This document shows positions 1 to 10,855 of a stretch of 64,000 nt of DNA, piece by piece. The notes under the pieces were generated by a model. The model did no database searches. It was not told where the DNA came from and was given only the letters and a program-made list of their open reading frames with translations. The stretch's first letter is position 1. Each line of letters opens with the position of its first letter. Source of the DNA: Lophium mytilinum (Eukaryota). The stretch spans positions 1,488,001-1,552,000 of the forward strand of contig MU004183.1 in assembly GCA_010093605.1 (NCBI GenBank). The letters run 5' to 3'. A program made the position numbers and the translations under genes.

Positions 1-67
1 CCGTTTCCTGTACCCTACTTCTTCTTTGTATCTTGTTTTTTCGATGCTTGCATAGATTGCTGTTTCT

Positions 68-673
68 TCACACCTTTGCCCTTGGCGACAGTAGAGCTAG
101 ACGCCGCCGGAGTGGGACTAACCTCGATCCGCCGGTATTGCTGCGGAAGCGCGTTAATATCCTCGGGCTGACGTCATTATAAAAGCAGCTTACCGTCCCA
201 TCAGGCGTCCGATTCTCGATGCTCAAAGGTATCATGCCCAGGCCTAAGACGTAAACAGTGGCCGCGGCCTCGGTCGATGCAGTCACTAGAGCAGTAATGG
301 GTGAAGACTCCGTCAAGCCAGGATTGTGTCTCGGCGAATCACGCTGATGGTCGCGCAGAGCCCCAGGGGTTATGAACGACTTCCCGCAGTCGCATCGGAC
401 GGGCATCCAGGAATCCTTTCCTTCCAGGCGGGTAAGCATCGGGGAACGAAGGTTGTCAGCCGGCATGGTCGAAGCAGTCACTAGGTCAGTGGCCGGTGAA
501 GGCTCCGTCAAGCCAGGTGATTTGTGTTTTGACGAGTCACGCTGATGGTCGCGCAGAGCCGCGGGGGTTATGAACGATTTCCCGCAATCGCAGCGAACGG
601 GCTTCGAGAGATTCGCATCTTCCGGGCGAGCAAGTATCGGGGAACGGAGGTTGTCTGCCGGCATGATGGACAA
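68..673 (-). CDS. Small protein with two tandem C-x1-C-x12-H-x6-H zinc-finger-like repeats; 3' end probably spliced
   Basis: Two copies of VRCDCGKSFITP(A/G)ALRDHQRDS.(K/R)H at 198 nt spacing. A branch/acceptor (TTAAC...CGCAG, ending at 141) suggests a last exon running to a TAG at ~15; the donor was not pinned down. Confidence 0.55.
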   Translation of the reverse strand: MSIMPADNLRSPILARPEDANLSKPVRCDCGKSFITPAALRDHQRDSSKHKSPGLTEPSPATDLVTASTMPADNLRSPMLTRLEGKDSWMPVRCDCGKSFITPGALRDHQRDSPRHNPGLTESSPITALVTASTEAAATVYVLGLGMIPLSIENRTPDGTVSCFYNDVSPRILTRFRSNTGGSRLVPLRRRLALLSPRAKV

Positions 674-1019
674 TTGAGAATGAGATTGAACAGAAAAGAA
701 AGAGAGAAACCTAGGTTGAGAGGGATGGCGGAGGGTGGAGCGGGACGTGGACGTGGGTTTCCCGCTAAGAAATTACGGCGTCACATGACTTCGCCCCCAA
801 TCAGTGCTATTGCGTCTCCTAACTTGCGAAATTGAACGTGAAAGGAAACTTTATGCACTGAATCCATTGTTTAGAGTTGGCCATGCAAAAATGGGTTACA
901 AATCTGCCATCATTCATACATACACACAGCAGCATCAAACCGTTCTGATTCCATCGCAAACCACAATGGATGTGTACTTAATCGCGGAGAAATACCTGCG
1001 CCCACAGGGAGCTTCTTCA

Positions 1020-1376
1020 GATGCCTCGCTGTGGCCTCAGTCTTCGTCATCAGTATGCGCAGCTTGATTGTCCTCAGGGTCCGAATTTGTAGTCGACGCC
1101 GATGAGCTCTCCTGATCTCTCAAAGGATTCCTTAGATTCCTCGCAGTGGTTTTGGACTTCGTCATCGGCATGTGCAGTTTGAACGTCCTTAGGGTCCGAA
1201 TCTGTAGTCGACGTCGATGAGCTTTCCTCATCGGAGCTCTCCTCATCGGAGCTCTCATAAGATTCTTTAGATGCCTCGCTGAGGCTTTGGTCTTCGTCAT
1301 CGTCTCGGTTTTGGGCTGCAAGTTCCGCCTTTGTGGGCGCATGGCGGCGGAGCCTGTTTGGGTCTTTGTTCACCAT
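1020..1376 (-). pseudogene. Acidic Ser/Asp/Glu-rich repeat ORF with a frameshift and stop in the distal repeat
   Basis: ATG at 1376 (MVNKDPNRLRRHAPTK...). Imperfect repeat units start at 1020, 1135 and 1270. The distal unit is 115 nt (frameshift) and has TGA where the other copy has CAA. Confidence 0.4.
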
Positions 1377-1585
1377 AATGGAGGAAGGTATGTAGTGTAT
1401 CCGATGCGTTGGATAGACGTTCTGCCAATTATGTCGGGACGCCGCAGTGATGGTTAAGGCAAATTGGGCATCCTTTGGAATCGCGCTGCGCCGCGTCAAA
1501 TGCCACTGATGATGCTCTTCTTCCACTCTTATAGCATTTCCGGGTAGCGATTCGTTTTGTGTTTGATCGTGCAGAACAACTTTCT

Positions 1586-2560
1586 TCACCCACCACCCTC
1601 CAAAATCCTTCTCCTCTCAACCTCTGCTTCCACCGCCTCAACAGTCATCGGAACCTTACCTCTCCCCTTCCCTTCGCCCCATCTCTCTTCTTCTCCCTTC
1701 ACAAAGCTTTCCATACTCAAGAGTCCCACTACCAAGAAGCCCAACTCTTCCCGGTCCGTATCAAATACCTCCCACCACTCATTATCCGGCAGCTGCACTC
1801 CTACCTCCCTCGCCGCGAGATATATCGCCGCAGTCGCGAGTGCCGGCGGTTGATGCGTGAGGTACAGTAGCTGCGGGCTCAACAATGCTGTATTGAGATG
1901 GGCGAATGCGCGTTTGGCGAGAGCGGACGCCTGTGGGTGCTGGAAGACGTCCAGCGTCTGGAGGTAATTGATGCACAGGGTGTATGGAAGCGCGACATGG
2001 GTGTTGAAGCCCAAGACGCGGAGGATGTGAGACTCGGTCTTCATAAGCGCGGCGCGCTGGGTGAGGTAGGTCCCTTCAGACAGGTAGTACGCGTCAGGGT
2101 TCTCAGGCGTCTTGGATGAGAAAAGTGAGGAGGTGAGGAGGCTGGTCGGGAGAGAGGAGAGGTAGGCATAGGCCGCCAGGATCTGGCGCGGAGATTTGGG
2201 GTATGGGGAGAGTTTTGCTATGAGGTAGAGGCTGCTAGCGGAGACGATCTGTGGGAGGTAAGCTGTGAGAGATAGCTTTAGTGAGGCGGAACCAAGACGT
2301 ACCTCTGTCCCATATTCTATGAGACTTCCACCCTCCGGACCTACCCAAAAGCGAGTAAAGAGAACAACTGCTTGCGCTATAATTTCTTGGGGTAGGCGGA
2401 GGAGCATCCCTGCAGCCTGCGTGAGGCTTGCGCCAGCGAAGCGGACGGAATCTTCGAGGTCGGCAGGAACACCATCGAGTTGGGACCCCGATGACGAAAG
2501 TTGAGCTGTGGTTGCTAGAGGGTTTACTAATTGAGAGTTTTGATTCGGTGTTGGAGCCAT
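1586..2560 (-). CDS. Cyclin L-like cyclin (one intron, 2249-2302)
   Basis: LVNPLAT..QL...S.LDGVP.DLE.S.RFAG..LTQAAG.LLRLPQ..IA.A.V.F.RFW N-terminal cyclin box and E..ILR.LGF..HV.LP, typical of cyclin L. ATG at 2560; GTACGT...CAG intron of 54 nt. Confidence 0.88.
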   Translation of the reverse strand: MAPTPNQNSQLVNPLATTAQLSSSGSQLDGVPADLEDSVRFAGASLTQAAGMLLRLPQEIIAQAVVLFTRFWVGPEGGSLIEYGTEVRLGSASLKLSLTAYLPQIVSASSLYLIAKLSPYPKSPRQILAAYAYLSSLPTSLLTSSLFSSKTPENPDAYYLSEGTYLTQRAALMKTESHILRVLGFNTHVALPYTLCINYLQTLDVFQHPQASALAKRAFAHLNTALLSPQLLYLTHQPPALATAAIYLAAREVGVQLPDNEWWEVFDTDREELGFLVVGLLSMESFVKGEEERWGEGKGRGKVPMTVEAVEAEVERRRILEGGG

Positions 2561-2593
2561 GTTGGTATAGGGAGTAAAGTTTGTTGTTGGAAG

Positions 2594-3067
2594 ATTTGTC
2601 GGGTGCAAAATAGCAGTCAATCCTTGGCACATTTCTCTGCCACACCACCCGATTTCTAAAAGATGAGGTTAAGTAAAAATAGGGCTATTACCTTTAAATC
2701 TCTCCAGGAGCTAGTCTATATACTCTTTACCCTATATCTAGAGTTTAGGCTTAAAATATAAGAGGGTAGAGAAGTTATTAAATAGTAAAGGTGGACTTAA
2801 AATATTATATTTCGCGGGCGGCACTTTCTCGGTGGTACTTCCAGCGGGCGGCATGCACCTCTTCTTACTACAACTAGAATTATACACTTGAAAATTATAT
2901 TAAGGAACTAAATCCTTAATAATATACTCTAGTAGCCTAGATGTACAACTTACTAGCTCTTAGGGTTGATTTTATTAATTATTCTTATAGTTGGTATTCT
3001 TTAGAATTATGTCGGTGTGGCAGAGACCCACGCCAAGATTTTGACTGCTATTTTGCACCCGACAAAT
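2594..3067. mobile_element. Foldback/MITE-like relic with ~65 bp imperfect inverted arms and an AT-rich, RIP-like interior
   Basis: ATTTGTCGGGTGCAAAATAGCAGTCAA at 2594 is the exact reverse complement of the sequence ending at 3067, and similarity continues through CTTGGC..TCTCTGCCACACC..TTCTAAA. Interior 2661-3000 is strongly TpA-rich. No target-site duplication was found. Confidence 0.7.
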
Positions 3068-3548
3068 GAGCTTCAGACACTTTTGAGTCCGAAGAACCCC
3101 CGCTAGCTTATCTGAGAACATTCTCTGCGTAGACATCGTCCTTCACTCCCTAAGTCGTGGCGAGGATTATGCATTCAAAAAGCTCCATTACCGGATTAGG
3201 ATCTGGAAAGTCACGTACGAATGGTTTACAAACGTTTCAATATCTTCTAGCTCTCATTTCATCAAATGATCCCTTTCTTCATCTCCCTTGAGCCAAACGT
3301 TTTGCCCGCAGTTCAGTAGCACACTTCTACGTATTATCAACACCGTTTCTCCAAGTCCTCATACTTGTCAATGTTTTCGCTAGCCGATTACCTACATTGT
3401 GCAGGTTTCCGGTCTTTATTTTTTTTAATCAACTGGCTCCGCAACGATTCAGAAACTCGGTCTATCATTTACAATAACAATGAAGCACATAATACATGCT
3501 TGAAATTCGGCACATATGTTCGAATTTGCTTCAATGCAGACATTCGCC

Positions 3549-5353
3549 CTACCGCCGCGACGGAATAAGTGGCAAAAGCACCCTTGACCCCGTACTCCCC
3601 CCCGCATGCACCGTTGTCCGTCCTCCAAAAACGCTCTCTGGTCTGTCCTCAGTACTCGTATGCAACCAAGGCCCCGACCCTTTCGCAACCCACACTTCAT
3701 GAGGCTTACCCACCACCTCCCGCTCGAAGTCCTTCCCGCTGATCTGCAGCGCTAGTCGAAAGCCAGCAGGCAGAATGACGCTCGTAGGCCAGATCTCGAC
3801 GTCTAGTTCATAGACTTCGTTTGGCTTCACGGGGAGAATTTCATCGTGACTATGGTAGGGTCGATAGGGAAGGCTTTTTGTCGGATCGAGCTTGCGATGT
3901 GAGGCCCGTAGCCAACCCTGAGCGAGCGGCGTGTGCGGGTCGACAGTGCCTTGGAAATCGACTTCCTTTCCTTCTGGAGAGAAAGCTTGGAGAGTTACGA
4001 ATAGATCCATATCTGCTGTTGATGATGAAGCGAAGAGCTTTGCTGCTAGGGGTCTTGTGATCTCGGATTCCGACTCTAGGGGAGGAGAGAGGAAGGTGAG
4101 TGGTTTGCCAAGTGCATCAAAAGACACTGACGATGGTGTTTCTGGTTCATTCCACGAGAGTACGGTCTCATCCCCAGCTGCCGAGAGGTGTATTTCAGTC
4201 CACTGAGTCGATGAAAGCGGCCACGCCTGTTCCCTCCGCAACTCAAAACTGTTTTGCTCAAAAGGCCGACGAAGCCGAAGCGAGACCGGCGCCTCCTCCA
4301 TCCACCCGTTCTCCACATCTTTCAAGAAGCAGTCCAGGAATCTTTTTTGGATATCAATTCCTTGTTCTAGATAGAACCACTCTTCATGCCGACCCGGATG
4401 ACATTCCAGCCACTTGTGCTTCGAAGCAGCATGCATGAAGGCCTCGAAATTCCCTCGAGGATGCAGCCCGAATCCCGCCAAGTTTGCCGCACTGAGAAAC
4501 GGCACCGTTACTTTCGACCAATCGACAGACCGCGTTTGGTGGAAATCGTCGTCCATAGGATGGTCTAAAATGGCTCTGGACATGTCTCGGCGATTCGTCT
4601 TCAGCTGCTCTTGACTCAATACAGTCTCGGGCTTGTCCGGGTCCGCTCCACTCGCGCTGGCATGAAGCCAGGGGTCTTGCACAGCGGATAAATTCCCGTG
4701 TTGAATCGATTGAACCTGTCGAGAATACCACGCCTCCAAGAAGCCATTGGAGAAGATACCCCCATGACGCGCAATGTCGCGGTAAAAGTCAGCAGCGCCT
4801 TCCCACGGAACTATTGCCGCTAGATGAGGTGGTCTAATGTTCCGATCAGCGCGATCTCTCTAGGTACACTACCACCAGAGTCTGGAAAGACTTACTGCAA
4901 CGCAGCCACCTGCCACTGATTGATCGCAAAGTACGATATCCCACACAACCCGACCTTCCCGCTACTCCATTCCTGGACTCCCGCCCACTCAATCGCATTA
5001 TAGTAATCCTTCGCCTCCCGCGGCGAAAAGACATCTAGATACCCTGGCGACCGTCCCGCACCTCTCGAGTCTACACGGATGACGACGTAGCCCCAAGGAA
5101 CCCATGTCTCTGGATCGACGGTCTCCCATGTCATGAAAGAACGAGAGGAGCCGGGCAAGATGTTGGGGTGGGTGGTGGTCAGCCATTCCCACTGAGCGGC
5201 GTATGCGGTCTTGTATTCAGCCCCTTTGCCGTAGGGGCCCATGGTCATGATTACAGGGTATAAGAGGGAACCCTTGGGGCGGAAGATGTCCGCGCGTAAG
5301 GTGGTATCGTCAGAGAAAATGGGGACGTCTCTTTCGATGATCATTTTGTCCAT
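3549..5353 (-). CDS. CocE/NonD family (peptidase S15-like) alpha/beta hydrolase (intron 4834-4895)
   Basis: LRADIFRP, PVIMTMGPYGK, GYVVIRVDSRGAGRSPG, nucleophile motif GISYFA, AIVPWEG after splicing, and C-terminal GWLRASHR / VEIWPT of the PepX_C-like domain. Confidence 0.9.
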
Positions 5354-5707
5354 TCTGATATGTGGGCGAGAAAGTCGCAAGTATTTGAGATCACGTGATA
5401 GTAGCGATGTAGGGGAGCATAGAAAACACTAGGCGTCCCTTTGTCGTCTCGAAGAAACTCGAATCTTATATACCAGCTAACCAGTCGTGCAAGGGTAGGG
5501 ATGTTACACGGAGTTCCCTCGACGATGCGGGGTCCAGGGCCCCCAGAAACCGAATACACTATATATCGACTGTTCGCGCTTAAATAATCGCGAAGGCCGA
5601 ACTTTCCTAAGGTCATGTTACTGGTCTATCTACTACACTCTCTGCACCTCGCGTTCGGATAAATCGATCCTCGGTCCCGATCGATACTAATCTCACTGTT
5701 GGAACAC

Positions 5708-7136
5708 CTACTTGCTTGCAGGAAGAAGCACTCCCGTACACTCACCAAACCCTATCCTCGCCTCCCCTTCCCCACACCATCCCTCCAACACGACTTCGTC
5801 ATGATCCTCCAGATACCCTAGGCTCGTCCCATCCTCGAACCGGATCGGCTTTTCGCCGCCTTGCGTCGCCTCGAATAGACAGCCGAGCTCGCCCTCGCGC
5901 TGAAATAGACATATCAGCCCGGTACCCGAACCGCGAGCAAAAGAACACTACGTACCTCTCCTGAGATCGTCCCCGAACCTAGCAAATCCCCTGTCCCAAG
6001 CCCGCAGCCCGCAGAAGCATGATGGGCGAGCTGTTGATACGGCGACCAGTACAACCAACGTAGATTACTCTTCGTAACCTGATACCGCTTCTGCTCCCGC
6101 ACAAGCGACGCCGTAAGCTCAACATCAAACGTCCCCACCTCCCGCTCCTTCCACCTTAGATGCTCAAACTCCACCGCGCTATGATCGTGCTTCGGCTCGC
6201 ACGCAAACGGCGCCAGCGCATCCAACGTAACCACCCACGGCGAGATGGACGTCCCGAACCCTTTACTATGGAACGGCCCCAATGGATTCATCTCAAACGC
6301 CTGGATGTCCCGACTCGACCAATCGTTCAGCAGTACAAACCCGAAAATGTGCTCACGCGCGTCGTCGATGCTCATCGTCTCCCCGTGTGCAATGGGCTCA
6401 GACACGAAATACCCCATCTCGAGCTCGAAGTCGAGTTTTTTCGATGCCCCGTAGACGGGGTTCCCGCTGCCTTTGCCTGTGTCGTACGTGACGCCTTTCG
6501 GCCGTCGGACGGGCTGCGGTGAGGGGATGATGCTAGAGACGCGGCCGTTGTAGACGGAGGGCGCGTGGAAGAAGTTCGGGGCTACGCCGCCGGTCATAGA
6601 GCTGCACTAGTGTGGATCTATTTAGTTAGGGGAAAGCGGAGGGGGGGTGGGGGGAGGGGGGGGGGACGAGTACGTTTTGGCAGTGCTCGAGCGAGCAGAA
6701 GAAGTCGGAGTAGCCGCCGATTCTCATGGGGAGGTGCATGCGGACTCTAAAGAGAGAGATGAGGCATAAGCCTGGAACGGTGCTGTTCTGGATTGCATCG
6801 ATTAGGTGGGCTCGGATGGCGGTTCTGGTGGCTGATGGAAGGGCGGCGAAGGCGTTTAGGGAGGGCTGTGGAGAGTGGTATTAGCTAAATTATAGGAATA
6901 TATTGTTGTTTGGGGGTCACCTGATTGAAGATGTCGTGGATGGCTTCGCAGCTGAGTGGGGCGAAGCATTTATCGTCCGAGGCTTTGGAGTGGAAGTACG
7001 ACGGCAGATCGAGCGCGTAATCGCCAATTGCAGTTGCACAGTGAGGTTCGGGGTTTGCATCTGTGGAGATCACGCCGAAGGGGATGTTGTGCAACGTGAA
7101 GGGTGAGCCTTCGGGAATAGTGACTTGGAAGCCCAT
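5708..7136 (-). CDS. Fumarylacetoacetate hydrolase-family protein (3 introns)
   Basis: SPFTLHNIPFGVIST, HLPMRIGGYSDFFCSLEH, YNGRVSS, LDFELEMG, GFVLLNDWSSRDIQAFEM.PLGPF.SK.F.TSISPWVV, GDLLGSGTISG, and a last exon ending RIGFGECTGVLLPASK*. Confidence 0.9.
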
Positions 7137-7327
7137 ATTGACTGAAACAGCAACGGACCAGGAGTAGAGCTTGACTTTCGACTGAGAATCAAGCCACGTG
7201 GGAATAGATGGGAGAGATTCTATTTATGCCATCGCATATTCGGGCACCGGATTATACCAACAAGCGATAGGTCACACACAAGTGCGGGGACCCGACGAGG
7301 TTCTCGGGATATAGTTGACAAAAGAAA

Positions 7328-7337
7328 TATATATAAA
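7328..7337 (+). promoter_or_regulatory. TATA box upstream of the cupin gene
   Basis: TATATATAAA ~170 bp before the ATG at 7500, followed by a C-rich leader. Confidence 0.5.
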
Positions 7338-7499
7338 TACCCCCAGTCTCCACAGCAAGAGCTACCCAACTACGTAATACACCCAATCCCTCATCCTCAC
7401 GACTTCCCCAAAATCCAAGCCGCTCTTACCCGCCCTCTTATCCCTTCAACATAACCCAAACTCGTTCCTCTCTCCAATTACTCTTCAACACCATCCCAC

Positions 7500-8154
7500 A
7501 TGTCTCTCCTCCCCGACCCCCGCCGCATCGTAACCGGCCACAACGCCGCCGGCCGCGCCATCGTCGTCGCCGACAGCACCGTCCCCTGCGAGCCCACAAC
7601 CATCGACTGCAACTTCGCCGTGCTCTACGAAACGCACGAGTTCCCCGCGTCGCTAGACACGTGGGAGGATCCAATCACAGCGCGGACGAAGAGCTTAGCG
7701 AACGACAAGGGTGTTGTGTTGAGGGTCGTGGACTTTCCGGCCAATACGAAGACGGTGCGTTCAGTCTAACCCAAATTCAAATCAAAGAGTAAGAGTGGAG
7801 GAGGGAGTGGGAGTGGGAGGAGATGTGTCACATGACACGAGTTTTTTGTGTTAGAGTATGTGCTAATGGGTGGTGTATGGCTGCTAGATCTACCATCGAA
7901 CCGAGTCGCTGGATTTTGGGATCCTGCATGAGGGGGAGATTACGTGCCATCTTGATGATGGTGTGCGTGTTGATATGAAAGCGGGGGATGTTTGTGTGCA
8001 GAGAGGCACGATTCATGGGTGGACGAATTACTCGGATAAGCCGGCGAGGGTGTACTTCATATTGACCGCGGCGAATCCGGTGAAGATTAACGGGAAGGAG
8101 TTGAGGGATGAGGGGTTTAGGAGGGAGGATGTGGAGTCAGGAGGGGCTAAGTAG
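7500..8154 (+). CDS. Cupin_2-type protein (intron 7755-7887)
   Basis: RRIVTGHNAAGRA start. After splicing it reads HRTESLDFGILHEGEI...GDVCVQRGTIHGWTN, the two cupin metal-binding motifs. Confidence 0.88.
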
Positions 8155-8935
8155 GTTGGTTGTGTGCGTGTGCAGGGCGCGGATGGAGGAGGTGAGGATT
8201 GGGGTGTGAGGGAAGAGAGGTTTGGCTCGCCGCTCCATGTGAGAGGAGAGGACCTCTTATGGTGCTAAAGATGAAGGAAATGGAAGATCGAACGTGCTTG
8301 ATATAGATCATCTGACGTCTTGCACCCGACTCTAAATTCTGATAGGATCATGGAGGCTTTCTTAGGACGCCTTAGACAAGAAAATAACACGCATGGGTAC
8401 TATATAATCCAGAGTGGATATGATAGTTGCGGATGAACTTAATTGTGTGAGGTTTCTCAATCCTTTGACGATGTGGGGACTCCTCCAGGATGCTATAGGA
8501 CTTCGTAGCCGAATGCGAAGTTTCACGCGGTCATGTCAGTAGTAGGGATCTCGCTCACAGTAACATAATGTCAAGAGAAGCAATAGAATCGGTCTAGTAG
8601 CTACACGAATCCAACCCCTTGTTGGCACGCTTGCTATGATTAAAGTGCCCAAAACCTTACCCAATCTGCCCTATCATCGACCAGAGAGGCTCTAGTATAG
8701 CAGTCAATGAGACCGCTTTGTGACGTCAGAGAGGAAATCAGACAGGAGAGTGACAGGGTAAAGAACAAGAAAGAAAAACCATAATGTAGAAGTGACACAC
8801 AGGGAAACAAAGAGAAGGTGAATACAGGAAGGAGTGACAAAAAGAGGAAATAGAATGCAACGGGGTAGTAAAGTCCGCACCAAACATAGCCGTGTCGTGT
8901 GTATCCGAACACCCACTGTCCTCCATGCTCCTGCC

Positions 8936-10080
8936 TCAGCGATTGTCTCTCGGCTTGTCTTCACTGGTATCTTCAATGACCTCCTCGGGAAGGTCATGCT
9001 CCACGCCCTGCAGCTGTTTCATCTTCGCCCACATGGCCTTCACAACGCTAGGCTTCACACGCCTAAGCCCCTGGCCTCTGAGCAGGCTTCCCCGGTTATC
9101 CTCTGGATCCCTATAACTCCACACCACCATTGCATTCTTCGGAATCGCCTGCACAAAGCTACGCAGAAAAGCTTTGAATATCCAGTGGACGTCTTCCCAC
9201 TTCTGCATGGCGTCATCACCCTCATAATGATTCGGGCCTCGGGTGAGGGATATAGTGAGGTGACGGAGTGAATGCATTTCGCCAAAGAGCGCCATCCAAT
9301 GCACCATCATGTCGACATCAGCTGTAGTGGCCAGAACAAGTTCTAGATGCATGCTAGTCATCAGGGAATAGTCCCAGCCAAAGGGTGAGATAAAGGCGGC
9401 GGGTCGGTTGATTTGCTCCCAGTTGCGGCGAGAAATTGTGATCGCGAAGGTATTCCGAGAGTAGAGGATGTGCTTTGCCTCTTGGGAAATCTGCTTGTTC
9501 GTTGCGAGGATAGCGACGTAGGCGAGTGGCTCGATTTTGAAAGCCTTCGGGATGACGGCTTTACCGCCCATGTGGATACGTTTGATGGAGTCGCGGTCTC
9601 GGCGCATCTTCCGATATTCGCGGATTTCCTGGTTGAGGAATATCCTAAGAGCCTTGAAGGTTGCGCTACTATCACGCTGGTTGACTAAGAGGAGCCTGCA
9701 AGCGTAGTTAGCCATGCCGTTTTGGGTTCCATAGAGTATGGGAAACCTACTCGTAGATCGAATTCCGGAGCTCAGCGGGCAGGTCAAGGAACCGGAACTT
9801 GCCCTTGGGCTTCCAGGCTAGACGGCGCCTATATGGGTTAGCGGATGGTATATTAGAAGGCGGCGTTGGGTGCTTACTTCTTCTTCTTCGGACGCTCATC
9901 GTCGGCATCCGTAAAGTCGTCATCGCTGTCAAGCAAAGCACTCATGTCACCACGGGCTTGACGCTCAGGGTTGCGCCGGATTTTAGCGACTAGAGCAGAG
10001 CAGGTGGGCTGGATATGCGGACGCGGCGTGCAAGCGGGCCTAGGGAGCGACTTTCGCGCGGTCTTCTTGCCACGCGCCAT
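8936..10080 (-). CDS. F-box-like protein with a histone H3-like N-terminus (2 introns)
   Basis: Three ORF pieces join in frame via GTAAGC...GCTAAC...TAG and GTAGGT...GCTAAC...CAG introns: MARGKKTARKS...KKKKRRLAWKPKGKFRFLDLPAELRNSIYELLL... There is also an IL.TNKQI..EA..ILY..N.F motif, common in fungal F-box-like proteins. Confidence 0.8.
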
Positions 10081-10855
10081 AGTAAGCCTTTCTGATTTGT
10101 GTGTGTTATGATGGGTAGGAGTACGGGCTTCCACGTTGACGACGGCGATCGGGATGGGAGGGTCGCCAAAAGGGTCTTACAGCGCTGCGTTATGAACGCT
10201 TGTTGATGTTGATGCTGTAAGGCTGGGAGTGGAAGCGTCGCCGCTGACGACAACAGCAGGTCTTTGAGCAACGCCAGACAGCTGCGGCGGGCGAATGCTG
10301 TGGAGACGGCGCGCTTTCGAAGGATATGGGGAGCTTGGAAGCCTTCGGACAGGGCTGGTGGATGCTGTTAGGTCTTGCCAACCCGTCAACAAAGATGTGG
10401 TGGTTGGTGGGTGAGTTGAAGGACTGCGGAAGTTGGCTGTCGGTAAATAGTAGCTTGAACGCGTCGCTACGCGAGAGCACGTGGCGACTTAACATCTCAC
10501 TTTCGGGGCGAAGTAAGGCCGGGTAGGCTTGGGCATTATCACGTTGTTGTTATGTTGCAGAAGCGAGGTTCGATGGGGTTTGTGAATGGCTGTGAGGAAC
10601 TAAGAAAAGAGCACGGCCGGGATGTCTGAGGAATGGTATAGATGTGAAGAAAGAAACAGTCGAAGTACCTCAGCGAGTATACTGATTGTCAAGCCTGTGC
10701 AACCACATCGCCCTCTGGCTTCTGACGGCATGTTGAGCCACTCTTGACGGTGGCATGATAGTATACTGCGATCAGAGAGATTGACAACACTAACTCCTGA
10801 TGCGCCAAATATGTGTATTGAGGTTGAATTGAAGAGAAGAAAACACCTAGCCAGC

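Noticed and set aside
5740..5790. Apparent frameshift at the FAH C-terminus
   Set aside because: Recounting the G-runs gives a continuous frame (GWCGEGEARIGFGECTG).
6628..6665. G-quadruplex-like G-run
   Set aside because: It is the complement of a C-rich tract inside an FAH intron, with no evidence of separate function.
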